Source: Sodaliphilus sp. (GTDB taxonomy: Bacteria > Bacteroidota > Bacteroidia > Bacteroidales > Muribaculaceae). Taken from it: a stretch of DNA of 47,162 bases. Below the pieces are notes generated by a model. The model made no database searches. It was not told where the DNA came from and saw nothing but the letters and a program-made list of their open reading frames with translations. Positions 8,287-17,552 of the stretch are shown here, in pieces. The stretch covers positions 1 through 47,162 of the forward strand of contig JBGUHM010000047.1 of the NCBI GenBank assembly GCA_045112115.1, given 5' to 3'. Made by a program: the position numbers and the translations under genes. How positions within the stretch are numbered: position 1 is the stretch's first letter; each line of letters starts with the position of its first letter.

Positions 8287-9198
8287 ATGGCATTGTGGAA
8301 AAAGGTATTATATAGAACAATATCTGTAGTATTATTGTTTTGTGTGATTATTTTATCGTTTTTGCCATTGAGATTACTGTATGTTTTCTCAACACTTTAT
8401 TCATATTGTTATGTTAAATTAGCCTCGAAACGTAGCAACGCAAGATTAAAACGGAACCAGCGGCGTTGTTTTCAAAACAACAGCGCCGCTGACCTTTATC
8501 GTCTTCACTATCTTACAGTTCGTACAAAGGTTGATTTCTTAGCGGAAATGATAAAGAATCCATATTTGTCAAAAAAGGCAATTAAACAACGATGTGTTTT
8601 CACGAATATAGAAGTAATATTTGAAGCGTTCAAGGAGCATCAATTTGTTATTTGTTATTGTGGGCATTTGGTGAACTTTGAGTTGCTTGTTAGTTTCCCG
8701 TTACATACATCCAATTATGGGATGTGTCATTTGTATCTTGCAAAGAATGCGAAACAAAATTTATTGTTAAAAACTGTACTTTGGACACGGTCGAGGTTTG
8801 GAGCAATTAACATCCCTACTTATTCTCCATTGAGAACTCTTATGCAATTGCGCGAAGATCTCGATAACGGAAAGAGTGTTAAGAAAGGATACGTTTTTGG
8901 TACACTTGCAGATATGGATGACATGGGTGGCAATCCACACTATTCCTCGTTTTTTGGATACCCCCTTGCTGTAAAAACTGGGTCGGAGCGAATAGGACGA
9001 AAGATGAATATGGCATTTGTTTTTGCGCAAATAACTATGCCGAAACGCGGATTTTACGAGGTTAAATTCATTAAGATGGATCCAACGGACAAAGATACCA
9101 ATCCTTGCGCCTACACCGACGAGTTTGTAAGACTGCTTGAGCAAAATATTCGATTGCAACCGCAATTGTGGTTGCAATGGAATTCTCCACGCTTTTAG
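8287..9198 (+). CDS. LpxL/HtrB-family (lysophospholipid/lipid A) acyltransferase
   Basis: An N-terminal TM segment is present. The motif GHLVNFE fits the HX4D/E acyltransferase motif of LPLAT/LpxL enzymes. The length is about 300 aa and the DNA is low-GC. Confidence 0.7.
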   Translation: MALWKKVLYRTISVVLLFCVIILSFLPLRLLYVFSTLYSYCYVKLASKRSNARLKRNQRRCFQNNSAADLYRLHYLTVRTKVDFLAEMIKNPYLSKKAIKQRCVFTNIEVIFEAFKEHQFVICYCGHLVNFELLVSFPLHTSNYGMCHLYLAKNAKQNLLLKTVLWTRSRFGAINIPTYSPLRTLMQLREDLDNGKSVKKGYVFGTLADMDDMGGNPHYSSFFGYPLAVKTGSERIGRKMNMAFVFAQITMPKRGFYEVKFIKMDPTDKDTNPCAYTDEFVRLLEQNIRLQPQLWLQWNSPRF

Positions 9199-9300
9199 AT
9201 TCTTTTTCTTATTGTTTAAACACTATCCTCCATATAATAATAAGCGTCAGTTATTCAGATTGTTGTTGCTATGGCGCTTGCAATGCACGAGTGGGACGAA

Positions 9301-9328
9301 AAAGCCGATGCTGTGATGCGTCGGCTTT
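9301..9328 (+). terminator. rho-independent terminator after the acyltransferase gene
   Basis: Stem aaagccga/tcggcttt with a 12-nt loop, followed by gttgttggggttttt. Confidence 0.5.
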
Positions 9329-9407
9329 GTTGTTGGGGTTTTTGGGTGGAATTGGTTAAATATTTGAAAAAAGGGCGTTTTGATTGGGATGGAAGACAAC
9401 TTTTCAC

Positions 9408-9415
9408 TACTTTTG
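9408..9415 (+). promoter_or_regulatory. TAnnTTTG -7 box (TACTTTTG) upstream of the DUF4290 gene
   Basis: The motif sits 31 nt before the ATG at 9447. Confidence 0.35.
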
Positions 9416-9446
9416 CGGTTGTTTTAAATAGGAAGATACATATAAT

Positions 9447-10037
9447 ATGCTGACTTATAACTCTAAAATGAAGAAACTGGTGCTGCCTGAGTATGGTCGC
9501 AACATCCAGCAGATGGTGGACTACTGCGTGACGATCGAGGACCGCGAGGAGCGTAATCATTGCGCCTACTCGATTATCAACACGATGGGCAACCTGTTTC
9601 CCGAGTTGCGTAATGAAGCCGACTACAAGCATAAGCTGTGGGATCATCTGGCGATCATGAGCGACTTCCAGCTTGACATCGACTATCCTTACCCTGTGGT
9701 GACAGAGGCGTCGCTGTCGACGCAGCCCGAGCCTATCCGTTACCGTTTGGAGCCCATCAAGTACCGTCATTACGGCAAGATAATGGAGCGTATGATTGAC
9801 CGCGCGTGTGAATACCCGGAAGGGGAGGAGCGTGAGGCGCTTGCGATGCTGCTTGCCAACCACATGAAGAAGGTTATTTTCCAGATAAGCAAGGAGGACG
9901 TCGACGACGCGAAGATTTTCAAGGATTTGGAGTTCTACTCGAAGGGCCGCATCAAGCTTGACCCGGCGACTCACCAGCTTCATGAGTACAAGCTGGCCTC
10001 GAAACCTCAGCAACAGGGCAAGAAGAAAAAGAAATAA
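9447..10037 (+). CDS. conserved Bacteroidetes hypothetical protein (DUF4290-like) with a Lys-rich C-terminus
   Basis: A 196-aa ORF with coding-like composition and an ending of QQQGKKKKK. It lies immediately upstream of rimM. Confidence 0.65.
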   Translation: MLTYNSKMKKLVLPEYGRNIQQMVDYCVTIEDREERNHCAYSIINTMGNLFPELRNEADYKHKLWDHLAIMSDFQLDIDYPYPVVTEASLSTQPEPIRYRLEPIKYRHYGKIMERMIDRACEYPEGEEREALAMLLANHMKKVIFQISKEDVDDAKIFKDLEFYSKGRIKLDPATHQLHEYKLASKPQQQGKKKKK

Positions 10038-10040
10038 CGA

Positions 10041-10598
10041 GTGATGATAGAGAGAAAGGACATAGTATCGATAGGGCAGTTCAACCGCACGCACGGTCTG
10101 CAAGGTGAAATCTCGGCCACGCTCGACTGCGACACCGAGTTGCTCACGCGTTTCCGCTGCATAGTGGTTGACATCGACGGCATTTATGTTCCTTTCTTCG
10201 TTGGCGGCCTCAGGCCGAAGAACCAGCAGACGGCGTTGCTGAAGATTGACGACATCGACACCGACGTCGAGGCGTCGAAGCTTGTGAACCGCGAGATATT
10301 CGTCCTGAAAGACGAATACCGCAGCTTGCAGCAAGAGCTGGCTGATGACGATGAGATGCCACTGTCGACCGATTTTTTAGTTGGAGTCGCGGCAGACGTC
10401 AACGGTGAATACCGTGGCGAAATCACTGGTGTGGATGACCAGACGGCCAACGTGCTTTTCGAGGTTACTTTGAAAGACGACGACCGTCAGTTGCTTATCC
10501 CCGCGGTAGATGAAATGATTTCAGATATAGATTTCGATGAGCAGCAAGTGGTATTTGAAGTACCTAAAGATTTGCTTGAACTTATGTTGGATAATTAA
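10041..10598 (+). CDS. rimM: ribosome maturation factor RimM
   Basis: The N-terminus IVSIGQFNRTHGLQGEI matches the RimM GxxxGxHGLKGE signature, and a C-terminal PRC barrel is present. Confidence 0.85.
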   Translation: MMIERKDIVSIGQFNRTHGLQGEISATLDCDTELLTRFRCIVVDIDGIYVPFFVGGLRPKNQQTALLKIDDIDTDVEASKLVNREIFVLKDEYRSLQQELADDDEMPLSTDFLVGVAADVNGEYRGEITGVDDQTANVLFEVTLKDDDRQLLIPAVDEMISDIDFDEQQVVFEVPKDLLELMLDN

Positions 10599-10615
10599 TT
10601 TAACTACAGTATAAT

Positions 10616-10909
10616 ATGGAGATTAGAGAATACGACGAACATGATGCGATAAAGTTTATTCGCGCTCATGTGGGAGAAGAAATCGCCGGTGCTTGCAGCG
10701 AGAACGACTTGGTGTTGCTCATCGACACGCTGTTCGACTATTTTGAGATGAACGACGACGATGACGACTTCGAGCCCGATCTCGACACGATGGTGAAATG
10801 GGTGACCAAGCAGTTGTCTCGCGACAAGGAGTGCAAGATAGCCCCCGAGCATGTAGGCCCAATTGTGGAGGCCGAATTGGCGTACGAAGACACGCTATTT
10901 GAATTATAA
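10616..10909 (+). CDS. small acidic hypothetical protein
   Basis: A 97-aa ORF with a DDDDDDFEPD acidic cluster. It follows rimM by 17 bp. Confidence 0.45.
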   Translation: MEIREYDEHDAIKFIRAHVGEEIAGACSENDLVLLIDTLFDYFEMNDDDDDFEPDLDTMVKWVTKQLSRDKECKIAPEHVGPIVEAELAYEDTLFEL

Positions 10910-10929
10910 CGATATAAATAATCAACGAT

Positions 10930-11580
10930 ATGAAACGATTCGCTAAATACTTACTGCTGTGTGCGGCAACGCTGGCGCTCAATGCGCAGGCGGCCGTACG
11001 CGAGGTTGATTTCGGCGCGATGTACGACCTGGAGTTGGACGCCTCGCTCGAAACGCCTGAGGTGAAGAACGACAAGGCCCACAAGAACATTGCGGCGTTC
11101 CAGGGCGACCTTGCCGGCAAGCTGGTACGTCAGAACTACAATGTAGAGCTGATGCGCGACGGCGAGATTCTGATTGTGAGCATTCCTTGCGACCAGATGT
11201 TTGCCCCTAACGACACTGTGCTTACCGCCGAGGGCAAGAAGAGAATCAAACCGCTTCTCAACTATCTCAAGAATCCAGGATTCTATAAAGTCTTGATGGT
11301 GATGAACAGCGACAACACGGGCAGCGAGACGTACACCCTGAACCTTACTCGCTCGCGCGTCAACGCCGTGTTCGACTGGATGGAGGATGTGGAGAAGGTC
11401 AACACCGATTATGTAGTGCCCTACGCCGTGGGTGGCACGCGTCCTCATGACGAGCACCCAAACAACTCGATGAACAACCGCCGCTACAACCGCCGTCTGG
11501 AGTTCTATTTCGTTCCCTTCGACTGGATGATAGAGCAGGGCAAGAAAGGTAAAGTGGATTTCGGCAAAAAACAGAAGTAA
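10930..11580 (+). CDS. OmpA-family protein (OmpA/MotB C-terminal domain) with a signal peptide
   Basis: A signal peptide (MKRFAKYLLLCAATLALNAQA) is present. TGSETYTLNLTRSRVNAVFDWM ... VPYAVGGTRP ... NRRLEF is a typical OmpA-like peptidoglycan-binding motif. Confidence 0.8.
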   Translation: MKRFAKYLLLCAATLALNAQAAVREVDFGAMYDLELDASLETPEVKNDKAHKNIAAFQGDLAGKLVRQNYNVELMRDGEILIVSIPCDQMFAPNDTVLTAEGKKRIKPLLNYLKNPGFYKVLMVMNSDNTGSETYTLNLTRSRVNAVFDWMEDVEKVNTDYVVPYAVGGTRPHDEHPNNSMNNRRYNRRLEFYFVPFDWMIEQGKKGKVDFGKKQK

Positions 11581-11604
11581 AAACCAAAAAACAGATTATA
11601 ACAA

Positions 11605-13089
11605 ATGGCAAAAGAGCTTAAAGATTTAACAAAGAGAGCTACAAACTATTCACAATGGTATAACGACCTGGTTGTGAAGGCCGACTTGGCCGAGCAGTCG
11701 TCGGTAAGGGGATGCATGGTAATCAAACCTTACGGCTACGCTATATGGGAGAAAATGCAGCGTCAACTCGACGACATGTTTAAGGAAACCGGAGTGCAGA
11801 ACGCTTATTTCCCACTGCTGATTCCGAAATCGTTCTTGAGCAAGGAAGCCTCGCATGTCAAGGGCTTTGCCAAGGAGTGTGCCGTTGTGACGCATTACCG
11901 CCTGAAGAACTCAGACGACGGCAACGCTGTGGTTGTCGACCCTGAAGCACGCCTGGAGGAGGAACTCATCATCCGTCCCACGAGCGAGACAATCATCTGG
12001 AATACCTATCGCAACTGGATTGGATCGTATCGCGACCTTCCGTTGCTGGTGAACCAGTGGGCCAATGTGTTCCGTTGGGAGATGCGCACCCGTCTGTTCC
12101 TTCGCACCGCCGAGTTCCTGTGGCAAGAAGGCCACACGGCGCACGCTACGAGCGATGAGGCACAGGCCGAGGCTATCCAGATGTTGAAGGTGTATGCCGA
12201 CTTCGCCGAGAAGTATATGGCGGTTCCCGTTATAAAGGGAGTGAAGAGCGCCAACGAGCGTTTCGCCGGCGCGGTGGAGACCTACACCATCGAGGCTATG
12301 ATGCAGGACGGCAAGGCATTGCAGAGCGGCACGTCGCACTTCTTGGGCCAGAACTTCGCCAAGGCCTTCGACGTGAAGTTCCTGAACAAGGAGAACCAGT
12401 TGGAATATGTGTGGGCTACATCTTGGGGCGTGTCGACCCGCTTGATGGGAGCTCTGATAATGACCCACAGCGACGACAACGGCCTCGTGCTCCCGCCAAA
12501 GTTGGCACCCATACAGGTGGTGATTGTCCCCATCTACAAGAACGACGAGCAGCTCGCCGCCGTGAACGAGAAGGTTGCGCCTATAGTAGACGGCCTTCGC
12601 GCCCTCGGCATCTCGGTGAAATACGACAACTCCGACAACAAGCGTCCGGGATTCAAATTCGCCGACTACGAGCTTAAGGGCGTCCCAGTGCGCCTTGTGC
12701 TTGGAGCGCGCGACATTGAGAACGGCACTATTGAGGTGATGCGCCGCGACACGCTTGAGAAAGAAACGGCGCAACTCGACGGTATCGTCGACTACGTGAA
12801 GAACCTGCTCGAGGATATCCAGAACAACATCTTCACAAAGGCGTTGAAACACCGCGAGGAGATGACGACCAAGGTCGACACATACGACGAGTTCAAGCGT
12901 GTGATCGAGGAGAAGGGCGGATTTATCCTGGCTCACTGGGACGGCACGCCCGAGACCGAAGAGCGCATCAAAGAGGAGACCAAAGCCACCATACGCTGCA
13001 TTCCTCTGGACGCTGAAGAAGAGGACGGTGTGGACATGGTTACGGGCAAACCATCGAAGCGTCGTGTGATTTTTGCACGCAACTATTAA
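11605..13089 (+). CDS. proS: proline--tRNA ligase (archaeal/eukaryotic-type class II ProRS)
   Basis: A 494-aa protein with class II aaRS motifs and a ProRS C-terminal domain. The opposite-strand ORF 11911..12936 is antisense noise. Confidence 0.95.
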   Translation: MAKELKDLTKRATNYSQWYNDLVVKADLAEQSSVRGCMVIKPYGYAIWEKMQRQLDDMFKETGVQNAYFPLLIPKSFLSKEASHVKGFAKECAVVTHYRLKNSDDGNAVVVDPEARLEEELIIRPTSETIIWNTYRNWIGSYRDLPLLVNQWANVFRWEMRTRLFLRTAEFLWQEGHTAHATSDEAQAEAIQMLKVYADFAEKYMAVPVIKGVKSANERFAGAVETYTIEAMMQDGKALQSGTSHFLGQNFAKAFDVKFLNKENQLEYVWATSWGVSTRLMGALIMTHSDDNGLVLPPKLAPIQVVIVPIYKNDEQLAAVNEKVAPIVDGLRALGISVKYDNSDNKRPGFKFADYELKGVPVRLVLGARDIENGTIEVMRRDTLEKETAQLDGIVDYVKNLLEDIQNNIFTKALKHREEMTTKVDTYDEFKRVIEEKGGFILAHWDGTPETEERIKEETKATIRCIPLDAEEEDGVDMVTGKPSKRRVIFARNY

Positions 13090-13129
13090 TTTTTACGGTT
13101 AAAAATTTGGATTTTTAATGTTTTTGCTG

Positions 13130-13400
13130 TATCTTTGCAGCAGAAATACAACCAACGAGTTCATTGAAATAATTCAAGGATAACGAATTGTCCACGTCAA
13201 AGTAGATTGGGATACTCTTCAAACTAAATGAAATGCCGAGACCGGTATCTGCGCCAATGGCGGGCCTCGACCTTTTCGGAGGTGCTTTCACGCCGGAGGA
13301 TTACAAAGGTGCAGATGCTCTCAAATCCTGTATTTTTCGGAGTTTCATCACATCCTTTGGCGTGGATTTTTTGTGTCCTTGTGGATAAGTTTTGCTTGAG
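13130..13400 (+). ncRNA. candidate small RNA or long structured 5' leader downstream of a TATCTTTG -7 box
   Basis: A TAnnTTTG box lies at 13130..13137. It is followed by about 250 nt with no credible ORF, which contain GC-rich hairpins (ggcgggcctcgaccttttcggaggtgctttcacgccgg; ggatt…aatcc followed by a T-run). A second -7 box (TAATTTTG, 13426..13433) serves the glycosyltransferase gene. Confidence 0.2.
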
Positions 13401-13458
13401 AAAGTAGTCTTAATTGCGGGAGAATTAGTAATTTTGCAGCCTAAAAAACGGAAAAGAG

Positions 13459-14643
13459 ATGATATTTACAGTAGAACTTACAATAATCACCTATATACTT
13501 TTGGGCGTCATGCTGTTCGGAGTGGCCGTCTATTGCGTGTGGCAATGGCACCGCACGAGAACATTGCAGCATTTCGTCGACAATGACGAGAGAGTGCGCG
13601 AGTATCTCGACGACGAGCAGTTGCCGAGCGTTACCATTCTCGTCTACGCCCACAACGACGCCGACTACCTGTCGCGATTCCTGCCTTTGCTGCTTCATCA
13701 GGACTACCCTGATTTCGAGGTGATTGTCACCGATGACAGCAGTACCGATGGTACAAAGGACCTGTTAAGCGACATGCTCGCTCACTTCGACAACCTCAGG
13801 GCATCGTTTGTGCCTGAAGGCACCCGTTCGCTGTCGCGCAAGAAGCTGGCCATAATGCTTGGGGTCAAGGCCGCCCGCGGCGAGGTTATTGTCACTACGA
13901 GCGCCAACTGCCGCGTCATGAGTGAGCAGTGGCTTCGTCTTATCGCCCGTAATTTCATAGATGGCAAGGATGTGGTGATAGGCTACAGCCATTACCGCTA
14001 TAACCGCGACCGCAGCTACGGCCGTCTTTACCGTGTGTTTGACACTGTCCAGACCGGAGTGCAATACCTTTGCTCGGCGATCCACGGCAAGCCTTACCGA
14101 GGCATCAGCGACAATCTTGCATACCGCCGCCAGGTGTTCTTCGACAACACCGGCTTCTCCCGTTCGCTTGACCAGCGTTGGGGCGAGGACGATGTGTTTG
14201 TGAGCGAAATCGCTCGTGGCGACAACACCCGCGTGGAGATTGCAGAAGGAAGTCAGATGGCCGCTTATTATAATAATATGCACGAGGCCCATCATGCGTT
14301 GAAACTGCGTCGTGATTTCACATCTCATTTCGTGTCAACGCGCGTGCCAATGCGTGTCCAGGCAATTATGTCGGCCATATTGTACGCGACCATTGGGTGC
14401 GGTATTGCAGCTGTTGCGCTCAACTACCGCAATCTGGCAGTGATTGCCGCAGTGGCTGTAATATTGATTTTGCTCTGGGTGGTGGCCGCATTGGCGGTGA
14501 AGCGTCAATGTAAGTTGCTTGAGGCCCCGGCATTGTCGTGGACGGTGCTGTGGCTGGCTGTGAAGCGGCCATTGATTAACATTGTGCATTTTTTCCAGGG
14601 TCGTCGCTTGCGCAAGACCTTTGTGACATCAATCATCGATTGA
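13459..14643 (+). CDS. family 2 glycosyltransferase with N- and C-terminal TM helices
   Basis: The GT2 DxD region reads EVIVTDDSSTDGT, and there are multiple C-terminal TM segments. Confidence 0.85.
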   Translation: MIFTVELTIITYILLGVMLFGVAVYCVWQWHRTRTLQHFVDNDERVREYLDDEQLPSVTILVYAHNDADYLSRFLPLLLHQDYPDFEVIVTDDSSTDGTKDLLSDMLAHFDNLRASFVPEGTRSLSRKKLAIMLGVKAARGEVIVTTSANCRVMSEQWLRLIARNFIDGKDVVIGYSHYRYNRDRSYGRLYRVFDTVQTGVQYLCSAIHGKPYRGISDNLAYRRQVFFDNTGFSRSLDQRWGEDDVFVSEIARGDNTRVEIAEGSQMAAYYNNMHEAHHALKLRRDFTSHFVSTRVPMRVQAIMSAILYATIGCGIAAVALNYRNLAVIAAVAVILILLWVVAALAVKRQCKLLEAPALSWTVLWLAVKRPLINIVHFFQGRRLRKTFVTSIID

Positions 14644-14650
14644 CGTATTA

Positions 14651-15739
14651 TCAGCGGTTGAAACGGTAGTCGGAGGGAGAAATTCCTTCGACTTTCTTGA
14701 ACACACGATAGAACGAACTCCGGTTGGCAAATCCTGCTTCGGCGGCAATAGCGTCGATGGTGCGGCTGTTGTGCTGGTCCTCGTCGAGCAGACGTTTTGC
14801 CTCTTGCACTCGAAACACGTTGATGTAGGATTTGAAATTCATTTCCCTACTGGCGCTAATAACCGCCGACACTACACGAGGTCTCTCGCCAAGACGTTCG
14901 GCGATGTCGTTGACCGAGAGGTCGTTCTTAAAAAACAGTCTCTCCTCCCGCATCAGGGTGTCGATACGCTGCATCATCTCAGGATCGGCATTAAGCGCTT
15001 CACTTTCAATGGTTTTATCCTCGGTAGTGATGGCCGCTTCTATCGATTGGAAATGTAGCACATAGTTGATGAACCGCACACCAAATGATGCATAAAACAC
15101 AATTACGATCAACATGAACACCGCACCCACCTCATTGCGTGGAAACATGGCATACACCAGTGCCAGTACACCTACACAAAGTGAAATGTAGAAAGACCGT
15201 TTCACCCAATGCAGCCTGTTGTACTCCTCGTCGCTGAAGAAATTGTCCATCTGCGCTTCGTAAATCTTGTACTCGCGATTGAACAGCACCACATATCTTG
15301 TAAGCAGTGACACATAGAAAACTACCGATAGCCAGAACACCCATTGAGCGGCTTGTTCATTATAAAAAATATGTGATGTGAAAAGCACGGTTGTTATTGC
15401 TATAATGGGCGATATTTCCAAAGCTGTCCTTCCGGCGGTGAGATAGTTCAGCCGTATAAGAGTGATGAGAGTAAAGGTGAACAGAATTGCCTGGAAGCAA
15501 GCCACCGATAGGATTATAGGGCGTGTTAACGCCGTATTGTCGTGAACGCCCAAAATATGATACTCCATATAAATGGCCACCGCGTAGAGCATATATGCTG
15601 CCCCCATCACATATCGTGCCAGTCGGTAGTTTCTCAGCGATGATTTAAGAGGGATGTATAGAAAGAACAGACACACCGACAGACCCATGAAAATGCCGGG
15701 TGCGATAACTGCGTCGAGAGTGCGAAAGAGTTGTTCCAT
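14651..15739 (-). CDS. membrane-anchored AraC-family transcriptional regulator (N-terminal multi-TM domain plus C-terminal HTH_AraC)
   Basis: Six or seven N-terminal hydrophobic helices. The C-terminal region EAGFANRSSFYRVFKKVEGISPSDYR is an AraC-type HTH. Confidence 0.85.
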   Translation of the reverse strand: MEQLFRTLDAVIAPGIFMGLSVCLFFLYIPLKSSLRNYRLARYVMGAAYMLYAVAIYMEYHILGVHDNTALTRPIILSVACFQAILFTFTLITLIRLNYLTAGRTALEISPIIAITTVLFTSHIFYNEQAAQWVFWLSVVFYVSLLTRYVVLFNREYKIYEAQMDNFFSDEEYNRLHWVKRSFYISLCVGVLALVYAMFPRNEVGAVFMLIVIVFYASFGVRFINYVLHFQSIEAAITTEDKTIESEALNADPEMMQRIDTLMREERLFFKNDLSVNDIAERLGERPRVVSAVISASREMNFKSYINVFRVQEAKRLLDEDQHNSRTIDAIAAEAGFANRSSFYRVFKKVEGISPSDYRFNR

Positions 15740-15740
15740 G

Positions 15741-15865
15741 TTGCAAAAATAGCAAATCGCTCACAATTGTGCAAGAAAAATGTCATTTTTGCCCGTGTTT
15801 TTGTTGCATTTCTTGCAAAAATGGTTGCATTTTTGTCGATTTGGTTGCATTTCGCAAAAATGTAA
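15741..15865. promoter_or_regulatory. direct-repeat array in the divergent promoter region: GTTGCATTT x3 at about 20-22 bp spacing, interleaved with TGCAAAAAT x3
   Basis: ttgcatttc (15804), ggttgcattttt (15824), ggttgcatttcg (15843); ttgcaaaaat (15741, 15813), cgcaaaaatg (15853). Candidate operator sites, for example for the adjacent AraC regulator. Confidence 0.4.
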
Positions 15866-15908
15866 CCAGTTTTCGTTGATGTGTATTTGTGGTTTAGCTC
15901 TTAAAGTA

Positions 15909-15916
15909 TTAATTTT
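15909..15916 (+). promoter_or_regulatory. TAnnTTTG -7 box (TAATTTTG) for the first dockerin-protein gene
   Basis: The motif sits 52 nt upstream of the ATG at 15968. Confidence 0.4.
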
Positions 15917-15967
15917 GTGAGTTCAATGATTAATGTATAACCAAATTATAATCGCATTAGTATTATA

Positions 15968-17536
15968 ATGAAAAGACTTTTACTTCCATGCTTAATGGCC
16001 GTGATGCTTTGCACGGCTGCAAGTGCACAACAAACCCTCACAGTTGCCGAGGGCACCAATGAGCACAGTTGGGCACCGTTTGCCACCGGTTCTTATTGGA
16101 GTAAACCTGGCTGTCGTACGCAGGTGATTTATCCCGCGGAGTCGTTGACAGCCATGGTGGGTTCCGATATCTATTCGATTAAATTTTATGTGAAAACTTC
16201 CGGCGGAATGTGGATGTCGGGCGGTAAGAGCCGCATCTCGATGGGAACGACCACGATTAGCTCGTTCTACAACTCATTCGTCGAGAATCTAACTCCTGTC
16301 GCCGTTGATGTCCCTGGTCCGGAAACGGGTATGACCGAATTGGAGATTGTTTTCGATGAGCCGTTCACTTATACTGGAGGCAACTTAGTGTATGAGTGGG
16401 AGCTGACCGAAGCCGGAGACTATACGACCTATGTCACAAGTTTCGTCGGCGTAAGGGGCGACAAGTATACCATGGCGTTCTTGCCTGCTGGCGATAGTAT
16501 GATGTACCTAAATACAGAAAAGTTTACACCGAAGACCACATTCACCTACGGGCACGTGTTCGTAACTACGAAACAGCTCGACTTCGGTGAGTTGCTGCCC
16601 AACTCGCAACGAGAATTGTCGGTGAAGGTTAAAAACGTAGAATCGACAGCCGTCACTCCTGTCATCAGCGGTTTGGAGGGACCGTTCAGCAGTGATTACA
16701 CCCCGACAACTCTTTCTCCTGGCGAGACATTGACCATTCCTGTCAAATTCACACCTACCGAGCTCGGCGAGTTCACGGGTGGACTAACCATTCAATGTGG
16801 CGAGTACGGCAACTATGAGGTTGCGCTCAAGGGCAATTCCGTTCGCTCGATTGACATAACCGTGTGCAACGGCAAGGACAAGACTCACAACCTGCCTATC
16901 CACGGTACATACATGGACGAGAAGAATACCTTCTCCCAGATGATTTATCCAGCTGAAAAACTCACTGATGCAGTCGGCCACAAGATTACGAGCATCAAGT
17001 TCTACGCAACCGAAGGCCTTCAGTGGAGCAAACCCACGCTTGAGTTGAGCTTAGGCGAAACTGACCAGATTGAATTCGGTTCAATAATTACTGACCTTTC
17101 AGTTTGCAGCACTACATCTCCTTCAGTCGGTGACACTGAGTTGGTGTTCAACTTCAACGAGCCATTTGAATACAATGGCGGCAATTTTGCTGTGCAGTTG
17201 AAGATTACCAAGGCAAGCAATTTCTATGGCGCATATTTCTATGGTGAGAACCAGGAGGTAAACACCGGCTACTGCCTGTATTACCTCAACAACGGCCAGT
17301 TAACCGATACCGAACTCGTGAAGTTCTTGCCAAAAATGACCATCACCTTCGCCGACCAGGCTTTAGCCATTCCGGGCGACCTTAACGGCGACGGCAATGT
17401 GAACACGGGTGACGTGAGCGCACTTTATAAAGCTCTGTTGGCCGGCGCCACCGACGCGATGTACGACCTCAACGGCGACGGCAACGTGAACACAGGTGAC
17501 GTTTCTGCACTCTACAAAATCATTTTAGGAAACTAA
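15968..17536 (+). CDS. secreted protein with two internal repeat domains, an ASH/HYDIN-like Ig domain and a C-terminal type-I dockerin-like repeat pair
   Basis: A signal peptide is present. The protein ends in DLNGDGNVNTGDVSALYKALLAG…DLNGDGNVNTGDVSALYKIILGN, two 22-24 aa Ca-binding F-hand dockerin repeats. Confidence 0.8.
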   Translation: MKRLLLPCLMAVMLCTAASAQQTLTVAEGTNEHSWAPFATGSYWSKPGCRTQVIYPAESLTAMVGSDIYSIKFYVKTSGGMWMSGGKSRISMGTTTISSFYNSFVENLTPVAVDVPGPETGMTELEIVFDEPFTYTGGNLVYEWELTEAGDYTTYVTSFVGVRGDKYTMAFLPAGDSMMYLNTEKFTPKTTFTYGHVFVTTKQLDFGELLPNSQRELSVKVKNVESTAVTPVISGLEGPFSSDYTPTTLSPGETLTIPVKFTPTELGEFTGGLTIQCGEYGNYEVALKGNSVRSIDITVCNGKDKTHNLPIHGTYMDEKNTFSQMIYPAEKLTDAVGHKITSIKFYATEGLQWSKPTLELSLGETDQIEFGSIITDLSVCSTTSPSVGDTELVFNFNEPFEYNGGNFAVQLKITKASNFYGAYFYGENQEVNTGYCLYYLNNGQLTDTELVKFLPKMTITFADQALAIPGDLNGDGNVNTGDVSALYKALLAGATDAMYDLNGDGNVNTGDVSALYKIILGN

Positions 17537-17552
17537 TCTTTTAAATCTGGCA

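Noticed and set aside
9255-10334. 359-aa ORF on the minus strand
   Set aside because: It lies entirely antisense to the well-supported DUF4290 and rimM genes. Its L/R/V-rich translation is typical of antisense frames in GC-balanced coding DNA.
11911-12936. 341-aa ORF antisense to proS. I reject the other large antisense ORFs on the same grounds, with the same signature: 1456..2214, 4244..4798, 21153..22052, 25070..25624, 26033..26623, 28446..29288, 29808..31538, 32220..33311, 35987..36559 and 42631..43221
   Set aside because: Each overlaps a confidently identified conserved gene on the other strand and has no recognisable domain.
14335-14589. Small minus-strand ORFs inside the glycosyltransferase gene; similar short ORFs elsewhere inside confident genes
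   Set aside because: They are short, overlap better-supported CDSs and have no start context. I treated them as noise.
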